Numbered from the stretch's first letter, positions 27,136 through 37,169 are shown. The stretch: DNA of 64,000 nucleotides from Bacteroidales bacterium (GCA_021443665.1 JABUTN010000002.1:27943-91942); one strand, 5' to 3'. The notes: generated by a model not told the origin, from the sequence alone. Numbers and translations: made by a program.

Positions 27136-27747
27136 ATGCACATTGCAGTGGCCGGCAACATCGGCAGCGGGAAAACCACCCTCACAAGAATGCTCTCCGA
27201 GCATTACGGCTGGGAGCCGAGATACGAATCCGTGGAGTTCAACCCCTATCTGTCAGACTTTTACGACGATATGAAGAGGTGGTCCTTCAATGTACAGGTA
27301 TATTTCCTGAACCGGCGCTTCCGCGACATAGTCAATTTCAAGGAATGCGAGCAGGTCATCATCCAGGACCGCACCATCTACGAGGACGCCCACATCTTCG
27401 CCCCCAATCTCCACGCGATGGGTCTGATGGACTCACGCGACTACGAGAACTACAGCGACCTCTTCGAACTGATGATGTCCCTTGTCAGTCCTCCCGACCT
27501 ACTCATCTATCTAAAGTCCTCCATCCCCAACCTCGTGTCACAGATTCAGAAAAGGGGCCGTGACTATGAAAGTTCCATCCGAATCGACTACCTCAAGGGT
27601 CTCAACGACCGCTACGAAAAATGGATTGAGGGATACAAGGGGAAACTCCTGGTCGTGCCGGTCGATGAAGTCCGCTTTGAAAGCAGGCCGGAGGACTTCC
27701 AGAAGGTTGTGGATCAGATAGACGCCAGCCTCTTCGGACTCTTTTAG
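27136..27747 (+). CDS. Deoxynucleoside kinase
   Basis: P-loop 'GNIGSGKTTL', plus 'QDRTIYED' and 'QIQKRGRDYE' (dNK family). ATG at 27136. Confidence 0.85.
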   Translation: MHIAVAGNIGSGKTTLTRMLSEHYGWEPRYESVEFNPYLSDFYDDMKRWSFNVQVYFLNRRFRDIVNFKECEQVIIQDRTIYEDAHIFAPNLHAMGLMDSRDYENYSDLFELMMSLVSPPDLLIYLKSSIPNLVSQIQKRGRDYESSIRIDYLKGLNDRYEKWIEGYKGKLLVVPVDEVRFESRPEDFQKVVDQIDASLFGLF

Positions 27748-27759
27748 AGATTCTTCCCG

Positions 27760-27791
27760 ATGTACGAAATCCAAATTCGTACATTTTTTTT
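27760..27791 (+). terminator. Rho-independent terminator after the deoxynucleoside kinase gene
   Basis: Perfect 9-bp stem 'atgtacgaa'/'ttcgtacat' with a 7-nt loop, followed by a run of 7 T. Confidence 0.8.
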
Positions 27792-27861
27792 GCAATATCG
27801 TCAGAACCTGCTCAGGAGTGCTTGACGGGCATTTTTCCCAACGCTAACTTAGCGGAAAAAA

Positions 27862-29400
27862 ATGGACATCGTTAGAGCATACTGCGCCACAAGCATAGGG
27901 CTGGAAGTGGTGCCGGTCACGGTGGAGGCATCCACATCGAGGGGCATAGGCATACATATCGTGGGACTGCCGGATTCATCGGTCAAGGAATCGCTGCTGA
28001 GGGTGATTTCCGCGATGGAATGCTACGGCTTCCATTTTCCGGGCTGGAAACTTGTAATAAATATGGCTCCCGCGGATATACGCAAGGAAGGCTCGGGCTT
28101 CGACGCCGCCATAGCCATAGCCACGCTCCTGGCCACGAAGGAATTGCCTCCCCTCTCGGCAGAAAACTTCCTGATTGTGGGGGAACTCGCCCTTGACGGC
28201 GGAATGAGACCTGTGAGCGGCATTCTCCCGATTGCGGTCCAAGCGCGGAAACTCGGTTTCAAGGCCTGCATTTTCCCCAAAGACAACGCCCTGGAAGCCT
28301 GCGAAATCCAGGGAGTGGACATCTTCGGGGTGGAAAGCCTGCTGGAAATCACCCAAATCCTGAAGGATCCCTCCTCTGCAGTCCCCGTATCAAAACTGCC
28401 GAGGCTGCCCGCCCCCGCCTCCGAGAAAAAGGAGCAGTATGACTTTGCGGACGTGAAGGGCCAGTCCTATGCGAAACGCGGCCTGGAAATCGCCTGCAGC
28501 GGGGGGCACAATGTCCTTCTTTGCGGAAGTCCGGGCTCGGGGAAGAGTTTTATGGCCAAGTGTATGGCGGGGATTCTGCCCCCGATGAGCCACGAAGAGT
28601 CTATGTCCACGAGTATGATATATTCGGTGGCGGGCAAAATGATAGGCCGCCGGGGTCTAATCAAGGAAAGACCTTTCCGCAGCCCCCACCACACGGCGAG
28701 TATGGTGTCCATAGTCGGGGGCGGGGCGAATGCCTCCCCGGGCGAAATCAGCCTTGCCAATGCCGGAATCCTCTATCTCGATGAGATGCTCGAATACCCC
28801 TCATCTGTGCTCGAGGTGCTGCGCCAGCCGCTCGAAGACAGGGAGATAATGATTTCGAGGGCAAGGTACAAGGTCTGCTTCCCCTGTTCTTTTATGTTGG
28901 TCGGATCGATGAATCCCTGCCCCTGCGGATATGCCGGCGACCCCACCCATCACTGTAGTTGCAGCCCCGGAGCCATCGACCGCTACCGCAGCAAACTCTC
29001 GGGGCCGCTGATGGACAGGATGGACCTGAACATTACGGTCTTTCCCGTCAAGGCGGACGAACTCGTTTCCGAAGGCAGGGCCGAGAGCAGCGCGGAAATA
29101 GCCCGTCGCGTGCTCCGCGTGAGGGCACTCCAGATAGAACGCTTCCGCCCCGAAAATGCGGACGGGCAGGGAAAGTTCTTCTGCAATGCCCAGATGAGCG
29201 CCCAGATGATTTCACGCTACTGCCCTCTCGGAAAAGAAGAGAAGGACTATGTCACAAAGATTATGGAGCGCTATGGCCTCACCGGACGCGGCTACTCCCG
29301 CATGCTGAAAGTGGCACGCACCATAGCCGATATGGACGGCAGCGAGGATATACATATACCCCATCTTGCTGAAGCAGTGCAGTTCAGGATGATGGTTTAG
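27862..29400 (+). CDS. comM: YifB/ComM family Mg-chelatase-like AAA+ ATPase
   Basis: Lon-like N-domain, Walker A 'GSPGSGKSF', 'LYLDEM' and the C-terminal ChlI region. 512 aa. Confidence 0.9.
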   Translation: MDIVRAYCATSIGLEVVPVTVEASTSRGIGIHIVGLPDSSVKESLLRVISAMECYGFHFPGWKLVINMAPADIRKEGSGFDAAIAIATLLATKELPPLSAENFLIVGELALDGGMRPVSGILPIAVQARKLGFKACIFPKDNALEACEIQGVDIFGVESLLEITQILKDPSSAVPVSKLPRLPAPASEKKEQYDFADVKGQSYAKRGLEIACSGGHNVLLCGSPGSGKSFMAKCMAGILPPMSHEESMSTSMIYSVAGKMIGRRGLIKERPFRSPHHTASMVSIVGGGANASPGEISLANAGILYLDEMLEYPSSVLEVLRQPLEDREIMISRARYKVCFPCSFMLVGSMNPCPCGYAGDPTHHCSCSPGAIDRYRSKLSGPLMDRMDLNITVFPVKADELVSEGRAESSAEIARRVLRVRALQIERFRPENADGQGKFFCNAQMSAQMISRYCPLGKEEKDYVTKIMERYGLTGRGYSRMLKVARTIADMDGSEDIHIPHLAEAVQFRMMV

Positions 29401-29413
29401 CACAAAAAAATCA

Positions 29414-29421
29414 TATCTTTG
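29414..29421 (+). promoter_or_regulatory. -7 box TAtcTTTG (ABCG-like gene)
   Basis: 8 nt upstream of ATG 29430. Confidence 0.45.
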
Positions 29422-29429
29422 CAACCGTT

Positions 29430-32330
29430 ATGGTTACAGATGTGATTATTACCTCTCTGACCAACCTTTTCGCCCTCTTCTGCTCGAAGGGGAAGGTGGA
29501 TGAGTCGGAGTCAAGAAAAATGCTTGAAGACTACCTTCAGCGCCACTTGGGAATACGCAACCGGGAGGAGTATCTCGGTCTGTTCAGCGATTTCTATTCC
29601 CTCTACGAGTTCAGAGCTGAGATATCGGTCGACAGCATTGTTGACAGCATCTGCAAAGGCCTGAAATCGGAATTCAAGCGCGACCAGACCACGATGGTGC
29701 TGCTGCGCCTTATGGAATTCTGTTCCAAGACCCCGAAAGACTTCGATCCGCAGGCCCCCATCTTCCGCAGGTCGGCCAAAAACCTCGGAGTCGATGAGCT
29801 CACCTTCTCAATGTTCGTGGACTTCGTGACAGGGAAGGAATCCGAAAGTGTGAAACTGACCGCCTTTGACGGATTCGCCGCAGCGGTCAAGACCCTATGG
29901 ATAAAGGATCTCAACATAATGGTCTTCTCCTACGACGGCAGCGATGCCTCCGACATCAAGTTCAACGACGTGCCGATAATGAAGGGGATGTTCCAGGTGT
30001 GGGACGGCAGCGGAATACTCAAGAGCGGTGCAGGCAACTCTGTTTACTACTTCATGATACAGAAGTTGTACAACACCCTGCAGTCCTCCGAAAAAATCGT
30101 CTTTTCCGGACGCGACATAGAATTCACCTTCCCCGGGGGGAACAACGGCCTGCACAACTTCTCCTTCGATATGTACAGCGGGGAGCTAATCGCCATTATG
30201 GGTGGCTCGGGCGCGGGAAAGACCACCCTTGTGTCCCTGCTGAACGGCCAGCTCAAACCGAAGTCGGGCAGCATCACCATCAACGGCAAATCCACGGAAG
30301 ACCCCGAAGTCAAGTCGCTGATAGGATTTGTCCCCCAGGACGACCTGCTCATAGAGGAACTCACCGTCTATCAGAACCTCTACTACACGGCCAAACTCTG
30401 CTTCGAGGGGATGCTCGAGGATGAAATCGACAGGCGCGTGATGAAAATGCTCAAATCCCTCGGACTGGAGCACACCAAAGATCTGAAAGTCGGCTCACCC
30501 ATCAACAAAACCATCTCGGGAGGACAGAGGAAAAGGCTCAACATCGCGCTGGAGCTGATCCGCGAGCCCGCCGTGCTGTTCCTGGACGAGCCCACCTCCG
30601 GCCTTTCCTCCGCGGATACGGAGAAGGTCGTGCTGCTGCTCAAGGAGCAGACCTACCAGGGCCGCCTCATAGTGACCAACATCCATCAGCCGTCCTCGAA
30701 CGTTTACAAGCTCTTCGACCGCCTGTGGCTTCTGGACGAAGGCGGATTTCCCGTATATGACGGGAACCCCATCGAGGCCATCACCTACTTCAAGTCGAGG
30801 GCCAACTATGCCGACGCCTACACCAGTACCTGCCCCACCTGCGGCAATGTCAACCACGACATCCTCCTCAACATCATTTCGGAGAAGGTCATCGACAGCA
30901 GCGGAAGGCTCACGGACGAGAGGAAAGTGACACCGCAGCAGTGGCACAAGATGTATCTGGAGACAAGAAAGCCCTTCAAGGAGCCTGAGGAGGCCCCGGT
31001 TCCGAAGACGGAGCAGAAGCAGCCGGGAGTCTTCAAGCAGTGGGCAATCTTCATCACGAGAAATTTCAAGACCAAAATCACGAACCTCCAGTTTATGGCC
31101 ATAGCCCTGCTCGAAGCCCCTATAATGGCTTTGGTATGCGCCTTCCTGACACGCTTTGCCCCTCCCGGGGAGGCTTACTCGGTGATGAACAACGAGTCAA
31201 TGGTGACCTATATGTTCATGGCCGTGATTGTGGCCTCCTTCCTCGGAATGAGTGTTTCCGCCGAGGAAATCATCAAGGACAGGGCGCTGCTGAAGAGAGA
31301 GAAGTTCCTGAGGCTCTCCTACCACAGCTACATCTGGTCGAAAATCGCCCTTATGGCCCTCATCTCGCTGATACAGACCTTCCTGTTCGTGTTCATAGGC
31401 AACACCATAATGGGCATCAGCAGCAACTTCCTCGCCTGGTGGGGCGTGCTGTTCACCACATCCGTGCTTGCCAACCTGATTGGCCTGTTGTTGTCGCAAT
31501 GCCTCAACTCCGTAGTGTCAATCTACATCACGATACCCATCCTGCTGATTCCGCAAATCCTGCTCTGCGGCCTTGTCGTGGACTTTAACGACCTGACGCC
31601 CAACAGCACGACGGGAAATGTGCCCGTCATAGGCAATGTCATCCCCTCACGCTGGTCATACGAGGCCATCGCGGTCACGAGCTTCACCGGCAACGACTAT
31701 GAGAAGGACCTCTTCGAGTGGGACAAGAAGGCCCACCAGACGCAGTATTACCGTTTCGGCTTCATTAACGAACTGCAGTCTGCCCTTGAGACGCTGGAGT
31801 TCAAAAAGAACAAGGGCAACGCCGACACTCTGAAAGAGGCGAAACTGCTTGAAACCGAACTGCCCCATCTGGCACAACTGTGCGGCATAGAACCTTTTGA
31901 CGGGGGCTATGACAGGGATAAGTTGCGCAGCTACCTGAACGACGCGGACCGCCTGCTGCTGGACAGGGGCAACAAGGCCACCCTCCACGCAGACGGGATA
32001 ATGCGGAAAATGATAGAGGAAAGGGGCGCGGACGGCCTGCAGGAACTGAAACGCAACAACTACAACATCTATCTGGAAACCCAGGTGGCCGGACTCAACT
32101 CGGACAAGACCTGCATTGTCGTTGACGGACACATCGTGCCAAGAAGCGCCTTCGTATATCTGACTCCGGGAAACAACTACGGAAACGCCCCCTTCTACAG
32201 CAGCGAAAAAATCCTCGGAGGGCTGTCGATTCCCACCCTGTGGTTCAACATTATGGTGCTTCTGCTTATGTCCGTGGTCACCGCTGTCTGCCTGATTTAC
32301 GAATTTCCGGCGCGATTGTTTGGAAATTAG
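29430..32330 (+). CDS. ABCG-type (ATPase-then-ABC-2 permease) transporter with a roughly 230-aa N-terminal extension
   Basis: Walker A 'GGSGAGKTTL', signature 'ISGGQRKRLNIA' and Walker B 'LFLDEPTSGL', followed by an ABC-2 membrane domain. A soluble insert of roughly 230 aa precedes the last TM. 966 aa. Confidence 0.8.
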   Translation: MVTDVIITSLTNLFALFCSKGKVDESESRKMLEDYLQRHLGIRNREEYLGLFSDFYSLYEFRAEISVDSIVDSICKGLKSEFKRDQTTMVLLRLMEFCSKTPKDFDPQAPIFRRSAKNLGVDELTFSMFVDFVTGKESESVKLTAFDGFAAAVKTLWIKDLNIMVFSYDGSDASDIKFNDVPIMKGMFQVWDGSGILKSGAGNSVYYFMIQKLYNTLQSSEKIVFSGRDIEFTFPGGNNGLHNFSFDMYSGELIAIMGGSGAGKTTLVSLLNGQLKPKSGSITINGKSTEDPEVKSLIGFVPQDDLLIEELTVYQNLYYTAKLCFEGMLEDEIDRRVMKMLKSLGLEHTKDLKVGSPINKTISGGQRKRLNIALELIREPAVLFLDEPTSGLSSADTEKVVLLLKEQTYQGRLIVTNIHQPSSNVYKLFDRLWLLDEGGFPVYDGNPIEAITYFKSRANYADAYTSTCPTCGNVNHDILLNIISEKVIDSSGRLTDERKVTPQQWHKMYLETRKPFKEPEEAPVPKTEQKQPGVFKQWAIFITRNFKTKITNLQFMAIALLEAPIMALVCAFLTRFAPPGEAYSVMNNESMVTYMFMAVIVASFLGMSVSAEEIIKDRALLKREKFLRLSYHSYIWSKIALMALISLIQTFLFVFIGNTIMGISSNFLAWWGVLFTTSVLANLIGLLLSQCLNSVVSIYITIPILLIPQILLCGLVVDFNDLTPNSTTGNVPVIGNVIPSRWSYEAIAVTSFTGNDYEKDLFEWDKKAHQTQYYRFGFINELQSALETLEFKKNKGNADTLKEAKLLETELPHLAQLCGIEPFDGGYDRDKLRSYLNDADRLLLDRGNKATLHADGIMRKMIEERGADGLQELKRNNYNIYLETQVAGLNSDKTCIVVDGHIVPRSAFVYLTPGNNYGNAPFYSSEKILGGLSIPTLWFNIMVLLLMSVVTAVCLIYEFPARLFGN

Positions 32331-32341
32331 CCATTTTCATC

Positions 32342-32349
32342 TAAATTTG
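32342..32349 (+). promoter_or_regulatory. -7 box TAaaTTTG (gene 32382)
   Basis: 32 nt upstream of the ATG. Confidence 0.4.
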
Positions 32350-32381
32350 CGTCCAGAAAAAAATAAACTTAAAATATTTTT

Positions 32382-33194
32382 ATGAAAAAAGTATCTATCA
32401 TCGCAGCGGTCGTTATCGTAGTTGCTGTGGTTGCTTATGTTTGGGTAAGCAAAAAATCCGAAACCGGAAAGAAAGAGGTTGAGACTGAAAAAGTTGACCC
32501 CAACGCCTTCAGACAGGACCAAATTGAGGCTATCGTAATGGCTGAGCTGGATTCAATCGCCAATATCTGGGCAAGCCGTCCCGCCGTTGTCAACGCATTC
32601 AAGGACGGTGAGTTCAAATTCTCAGAGCAGGAGCTCAAGGTTAAGCCTGACTATCTTCTCTCTCCCGATGTTGTCAACAATCTGAACCTGATGTCACAGA
32701 AATACCGCGCAATCGGTATGCTCGCCATCGATATGACAGTCGCTGACAACTATAAAATGGACACCGAAGCCTACAAGGCAGCCATCAAGAAACTTGTCAT
32801 CGATGTGAACGACCCCGCCATCAAACTTGGCGTGGATGTGGACGAGGAGTATATCCGCAACGTTTTCAACAAAGAGAAAGAGAACAACCGCATCAACTAC
32901 TTCTGGGAGGTATGTGCAGCCATCAATGTTGAGAACCTCTATGTGGTTTCCAAGAATATTGACAAACTGCTCACCGCTTTTGATGACAAAGCCGCCGAGA
33001 ACTTCACCTGGCACATTGTCATGCTGACCATCGCCCTTGAGAACCTCGCCGAGTACGACGCCGACATCAGGGCCCTCGTAGCCAACCTCGCTCCCCTGAA
33101 GAGTCTGGACGCCATCAATGTTGCCCAGTTCAAGGAGCAGCTCGAATCCATCGCTCCCCAGGTTGAGGCCATCCGCAATTCACTCCTGAAATAG
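32382..33194 (+). CDS. Hypothetical membrane-anchored helical protein
   Basis: N-terminal TM 'VSIIAAVVIVVAVVAYVWV' followed by a 240-aa acidic helical body. No family recognised. GC looks lower than in neighbouring genes. Confidence 0.6.
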   Translation: MKKVSIIAAVVIVVAVVAYVWVSKKSETGKKEVETEKVDPNAFRQDQIEAIVMAELDSIANIWASRPAVVNAFKDGEFKFSEQELKVKPDYLLSPDVVNNLNLMSQKYRAIGMLAIDMTVADNYKMDTEAYKAAIKKLVIDVNDPAIKLGVDVDEEYIRNVFNKEKENNRINYFWEVCAAINVENLYVVSKNIDKLLTAFDDKAAENFTWHIVMLTIALENLAEYDADIRALVANLAPLKSLDAINVAQFKEQLESIAPQVEAIRNSLLK

Positions 33195-33212
33195 TCATTG
33201 GAAAACAATCAT

Positions 33213-33243
33213 AAAAAAACGGGGTATTTCCCCGTTTTTTTTT
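33213..33243. terminator. Bidirectional rho-independent terminator between convergent genes
   Basis: 'aaaaaaacgggg tattt ccccgttttttttt': a GC stem flanked by an A-run and a T-run, so it can terminate from both sides. Confidence 0.8.
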
Positions 33244-34195
33244 ATGCCCTGACGCTACGTATTGCCCGTGCCCCCCACACATACACCATCGACAAGGCCA
33301 GACGAATCATAAGCATAATCCACCAAATTCCGCCCAGCAGTCCCATCAGGGTCAAGTCCTCCACATTGCTGTGCGAAATGCACACATGCAGGTCGAAAAG
33401 TTCCGCCTCATCCTTTGTCACGTGTCCGGAGTCCAGCACGTCCATCAAGGCCGCCGAACCGTAACTCAGGCCCACGACATTGGCCACTATCCAGATATAA
33501 CTCGTACTCCGGGGCAGTCCGAAGAATGCAAGCAGGGGATGGAAAACCTTCGCCACCTTGTCCATAATCCCGAACTCTATCATCAGTCGCTGGAGGATAT
33601 TCAGCAAAAAGAGCATAGCCGTCAGCAGAATGCTGAGTTTGATCACAGAGGGAATCCAATCCCTGAGCGCCTGCAGGAAGGCCGCCCAACTCAAGTCGGC
33701 GGCGAACACGGGAACGGGCTGCCCCGGAATGTCCGGGATATTGACCGCGGCGGCAAGGCCCCCGGGCATAATCAGATTCAGCACATAGGCGCAGAGGAAG
33801 GCCCCCACGGTCCTCAGCGCCACGAGCATTGCAGCGCTTGCCCCAGTCTTCTTGAGAACGGCCGTCTCCACTATCATTGAGTGCGAACAGAGGACCATCG
33901 TGCAGAGGATGGTGAGTGCCCTGGCATCGAGATCCAGTGTGGACATAATGGCAAGGGCCGAATAACAGTTGATGAAATAGCCTGTCACGTACGCGAAGGC
34001 AGCCTCTCCGGGCAGACCGAAATGCTTCATTACCGGGGCTATGAGAGAGGACAGATACGGCAGGATTCCCACGAATTTGAGAATCATCACACAGAAAGAC
34101 ACTCCTATGGTCAATCTCAGCAGCCACCACCAGAAACGGGTTGTCGTGGGAATGGTGGCCTTAACACATTCCAATGTTCGGTTTTTTACTGTCAT
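33242..34195 (-). CDS. Nucleoside-recognition (Gate) domain membrane protein
   Basis: Polytopic membrane protein. The region 'FGLPGEAAFAYVTGYFINCYSALAIM' resembles Gate/FeoB-type nucleoside recognition domains. I prefer ATG at 34195, 7 nt downstream of a -7 box at 34203-34210, over 34234. Confidence 0.55.
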   Translation of the reverse strand: MTVKNRTLECVKATIPTTTRFWWWLLRLTIGVSFCVMILKFVGILPYLSSLIAPVMKHFGLPGEAAFAYVTGYFINCYSALAIMSTLDLDARALTILCTMVLCSHSMIVETAVLKKTGASAAMLVALRTVGAFLCAYVLNLIMPGGLAAAVNIPDIPGQPVPVFAADLSWAAFLQALRDWIPSVIKLSILLTAMLFLLNILQRLMIEFGIMDKVAKVFHPLLAFFGLPRSTSYIWIVANVVGLSYGSAALMDVLDSGHVTKDEAELFDLHVCISHSNVEDLTLMGLLGGIWWIMLMIRLALSMVYVWGARAIRSVRA

Positions 34196-34202
34196 TGCCC
34201 CA

Positions 34203-34210
34203 CAAATGTA
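34203..34210 (-). promoter_or_regulatory. -7 box TAcaTTTG (Gate-domain membrane protein)
   Basis: 7 nt upstream of ATG 34195. It is one arm of a 10-bp inverted repeat. Confidence 0.5.
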
Positions 34211-34221
34211 GAAATTCTTCA

Positions 34222-34229
34222 TACATTTG
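34222..34229 (+). promoter_or_regulatory. -7 box TAcaTTTG (S9 peptidase)
   Basis: 19 nt upstream of ATG 34249. It is the other arm of the inverted repeat. Confidence 0.5.
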
Positions 34230-34248
34230 TGCAAAGAAAACCATCACT

Positions 34249-36708
34249 ATGAAAAGAATCACAGCAATTGCAGCCCTTATTGCGCTTTTCAGCACTTTGG
34301 CAATGGGGCAATCCAAACGCATCAGCAAACCCAATTACTCCCAGGCGGAACCTTTCTCCCAGGAGAACATCGCGAAATGGGTAGGTTCCACTTCACTCAG
34401 TCCCGAGTGGTTCGAAAAGAGCGACAAGTTCTGGTACAAGTGGAAAGACGGCTCAGGGGAACACTATTATGTGGTGGATCCCGTGGCCAAGACCAAAAGG
34501 GAGATTTTCGACCGCGTCCGCCTTGCGAAGGAACTCACGGCCATTATAAAAGATCCTTTCGAGGCCGAGCATATCCCCATAAAGAATATGAAGCTCAAGG
34601 ATGACCATATCTTCACCTTCAGCATAGTCTCGTCCATAGACAACCCCAAGAAAGAGAAGCCCAAGGACGGAGAGAAGGCCTCCAAGGAGGACAAGAAGCA
34701 GAAAGGCCCCAAGAAGACCTTCTATTTCGAGTGGGACTTCAACAGCCAGAGTCTGAAGGATGTCACTGACCAGCCCGCCAAGGACGAATACCCCCGTTGG
34801 GCCAACATCGCCCCCGACAGCAGTATGGTGGTCTATGCCAAGGGCTATGACCTCTACTACACGGATATGGATAACCTCCACAAGATTATGAAGGACGAAA
34901 AGGACTCCACCTTCGTGGAACACCGCCTGACCACAGACGGCACGAAGGACTGCGCCTACGGCGGTGACAACTACCGCGGCTCAGACGAGCGCGACACCAC
35001 CAAGCGCTACTCCGTGCGTTCAATACTGTGGGCTCCGGATGCCAAGCACTTTATTGTGGGCAAATACGATATGAAGGGAGTCAAGGAACTCTGGGTCATC
35101 AACTCCCTGGGCAATCCCCGCCCCACCCTTGAGTCCTACAAGTACCAGATGCCAGGCGAGCCTGGTCCGAAGGAGATTCTGATGGTCTTCGACGCTGTCG
35201 CAAAGACAGGCAAAGTCGTACGAGCCGATGCCTGGAAAGAGCAGAGCATCGACCCCCTCACTCCCAAGATGAAAGTCAAGGAACTCTACCGCGACTACAA
35301 TGCAAGGCTTTGGGAAGGCGACAATGACTGCTTCTACTTCATCCGCAAGAGCCGCGACCTCCACCGTATGGACTTCTGCCGCTACGACCTCAGGGAAGAC
35401 AGCGTGAAGGTGCTGATAGAAGAGCGTATGAACACCTATATCGATGTTTTCGACTTTTACAAGGTCGAGTCAAACGGAGACTTCGTGGTTTCAAGCGAGC
35501 GCAGCGGCTGGGCCCAACTCTACCTTTATGACAAGAACGGAAATCTGAAGAGGGAACTCACGGACGGCCCCTACCACATCACTTCAAATGTGGAGGTGGA
35601 CCACAAGGCCGGCATCGTCTATTTCGAGGCCGAGGGCTTTGACAAGGAACAGAACCCCTATTATCCCCAACTCTGCAAAGTGTCCCTCTCCGGCGGAGCG
35701 GTCACCAGAATTGATAAGGAGGAGCGCCACCATACCTATGACATAAGCGAGGACTGCAAATACTATGTCTCCAAATCCTCAGCCCCCGACCACGAGCCCG
35801 AGTTTGCCCTTTACGCTGCAAGCGGGGCGAAGGTGATGGATCTCGAGAAAACTGACATCAGCCGTCTCATAGAGGCCGGATACCGCTATCCCGAGGTGTT
35901 CAAGGTAAAGGCCGCCGATGGTGTGACCGATCTTTGGGGCATGCTCTACAAACCCGCGGATTTTGACTCCACTATGGTTTATCCCCTCATTGACTATGTA
36001 TATCCCGGTCCCCAGGTGGAGGGAACATACTGGTATTGGCAGAACAGTTCGTACCGCACCCACAGGCTTGCCCAAATCGGCTTCATCGTGTTCTCAGTGG
36101 GACAGCGCGGAGGCTCTCCCGAAAGGTCCAAATGGTACCACAACTACGGCTACGGCAATATGCGCGACTACCCTCTCGAGGACCACGTGAAGGCCGCGCA
36201 GCAGCTCGCCTACCGCCACAAATGGATTGACATCGACCGCGTGGGCATCCACGGCCACTCAGGCGGAGGCTTTATGTCCACAGCCGCCATCCTGACCTAC
36301 AACGATTTCTACAAGGCAGCAGTTTCCTGCGCCGGCAACCACGACAACCGCATCTACAACCGCTGGTGGAGCGAGACTCATCACGGAGTGAAGGAAATCG
36401 TCAGCGACAAGGACACCACCTTCAGTTACTCCATCCACACCAACCAGGAACTTGCCTCCCGTCTGAAAGGTCACCTGCTCCTCGTACACGGCGACATTGA
36501 CAACAATGTGAACCCCGCCAACACCATCCGCGTGGTGGATGCGCTCATCAGGGCCAACAAGCGCTTCGACTTGCTCATCCTCCCCGGCCAGCGCCACGGC
36601 TTCGGCGATATGACGGAATACTTCTTCTGGCGTATGGCCGACCACTTCAGCCGCTACCTCATAGGGGACTGCGAAGAGAGCACAGACATAGTCCAACTCA
36701 ACAGATAG
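34249..36708 (+). CDS. S9 family peptidase, dipeptidyl-peptidase IV-like
   Basis: Signal peptide 'MKRITAIAALIALFSTLAMGQ', an N-terminal beta-propeller region and the catalytic Ser motif 'GIHGHSGGG' with downstream 'VHGDIDNNV' and 'GQRHGF'. Confidence 0.85.
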   Translation: MKRITAIAALIALFSTLAMGQSKRISKPNYSQAEPFSQENIAKWVGSTSLSPEWFEKSDKFWYKWKDGSGEHYYVVDPVAKTKREIFDRVRLAKELTAIIKDPFEAEHIPIKNMKLKDDHIFTFSIVSSIDNPKKEKPKDGEKASKEDKKQKGPKKTFYFEWDFNSQSLKDVTDQPAKDEYPRWANIAPDSSMVVYAKGYDLYYTDMDNLHKIMKDEKDSTFVEHRLTTDGTKDCAYGGDNYRGSDERDTTKRYSVRSILWAPDAKHFIVGKYDMKGVKELWVINSLGNPRPTLESYKYQMPGEPGPKEILMVFDAVAKTGKVVRADAWKEQSIDPLTPKMKVKELYRDYNARLWEGDNDCFYFIRKSRDLHRMDFCRYDLREDSVKVLIEERMNTYIDVFDFYKVESNGDFVVSSERSGWAQLYLYDKNGNLKRELTDGPYHITSNVEVDHKAGIVYFEAEGFDKEQNPYYPQLCKVSLSGGAVTRIDKEERHHTYDISEDCKYYVSKSSAPDHEPEFALYAASGAKVMDLEKTDISRLIEAGYRYPEVFKVKAADGVTDLWGMLYKPADFDSTMVYPLIDYVYPGPQVEGTYWYWQNSSYRTHRLAQIGFIVFSVGQRGGSPERSKWYHNYGYGNMRDYPLEDHVKAAQQLAYRHKWIDIDRVGIHGHSGGGFMSTAAILTYNDFYKAAVSCAGNHDNRIYNRWWSETHHGVKEIVSDKDTTFSYSIHTNQELASRLKGHLLLVHGDIDNNVNPANTIRVVDALIRANKRFDLLILPGQRHGFGDMTEYFFWRMADHFSRYLIGDCEESTDIVQLNR

Positions 36709-36714
36709 CAAGTT

Positions 36715-37164
36715 ATGACAATAGAGGAAAGGGCACAACTTGCCCGCAGCTACTTCACATCAGGCTATAACTGCGCCCAGGCCGTGGCACTCGCCTTCTG
36801 CGATGTCACGGGACTTGACAAAGAAACCACCGCCAAGGCCCTCGGGGGCTTCGGCGGCGGTATGGGGCGTATGAGGGAAGTCTGTGGCACCGTCAGCGGA
36901 ATGGTCTTCGTTGCCGGCTTCCTGAAACCATATACGGATATTAGCAACCCGGCGGCGAAGAAAGAGAACTACGCCTTCGTGCAGTCACTGGCGGCAACGT
37001 TCAAAGAGGAAAACGGCTCCATAATATGCCGTGTGCTGCTCGGCGGCCCCGACGGGGCTTCGACCGACCCCACTCCCGCCCCCCGCACGGAAAACTACTA
37101 CAAAAAACGTCCCTGCGTGGAACTTGTGGCCTGCGCAGTACGTATCCTTGCGGCTGAATTATAG
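36715..37164 (+). CDS. C-GCAxxG-C-C family (seleno)protein-like redox protein
   Basis: 'GYNCAQAV' motif plus downstream Cys residues ('VCGTVSG', 'RPCVELVAC'). 149 aa. Confidence 0.7.
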   Translation: MTIEERAQLARSYFTSGYNCAQAVALAFCDVTGLDKETTAKALGGFGGGMGRMREVCGTVSGMVFVAGFLKPYTDISNPAAKKENYAFVQSLAATFKEENGSIICRVLLGGPDGASTDPTPAPRTENYYKKRPCVELVACAVRILAAEL

Positions 37165-37169
37165 CAGTT

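Noticed and set aside
27842-27854. Palindrome 'cgctaa c ttagcg' 7 nt upstream of the comM start codon, as a possible operator.
   Set aside because: Inverted repeats with 6-bp arms are expected by chance several times in 64 kb, and there is no second copy or supporting context.
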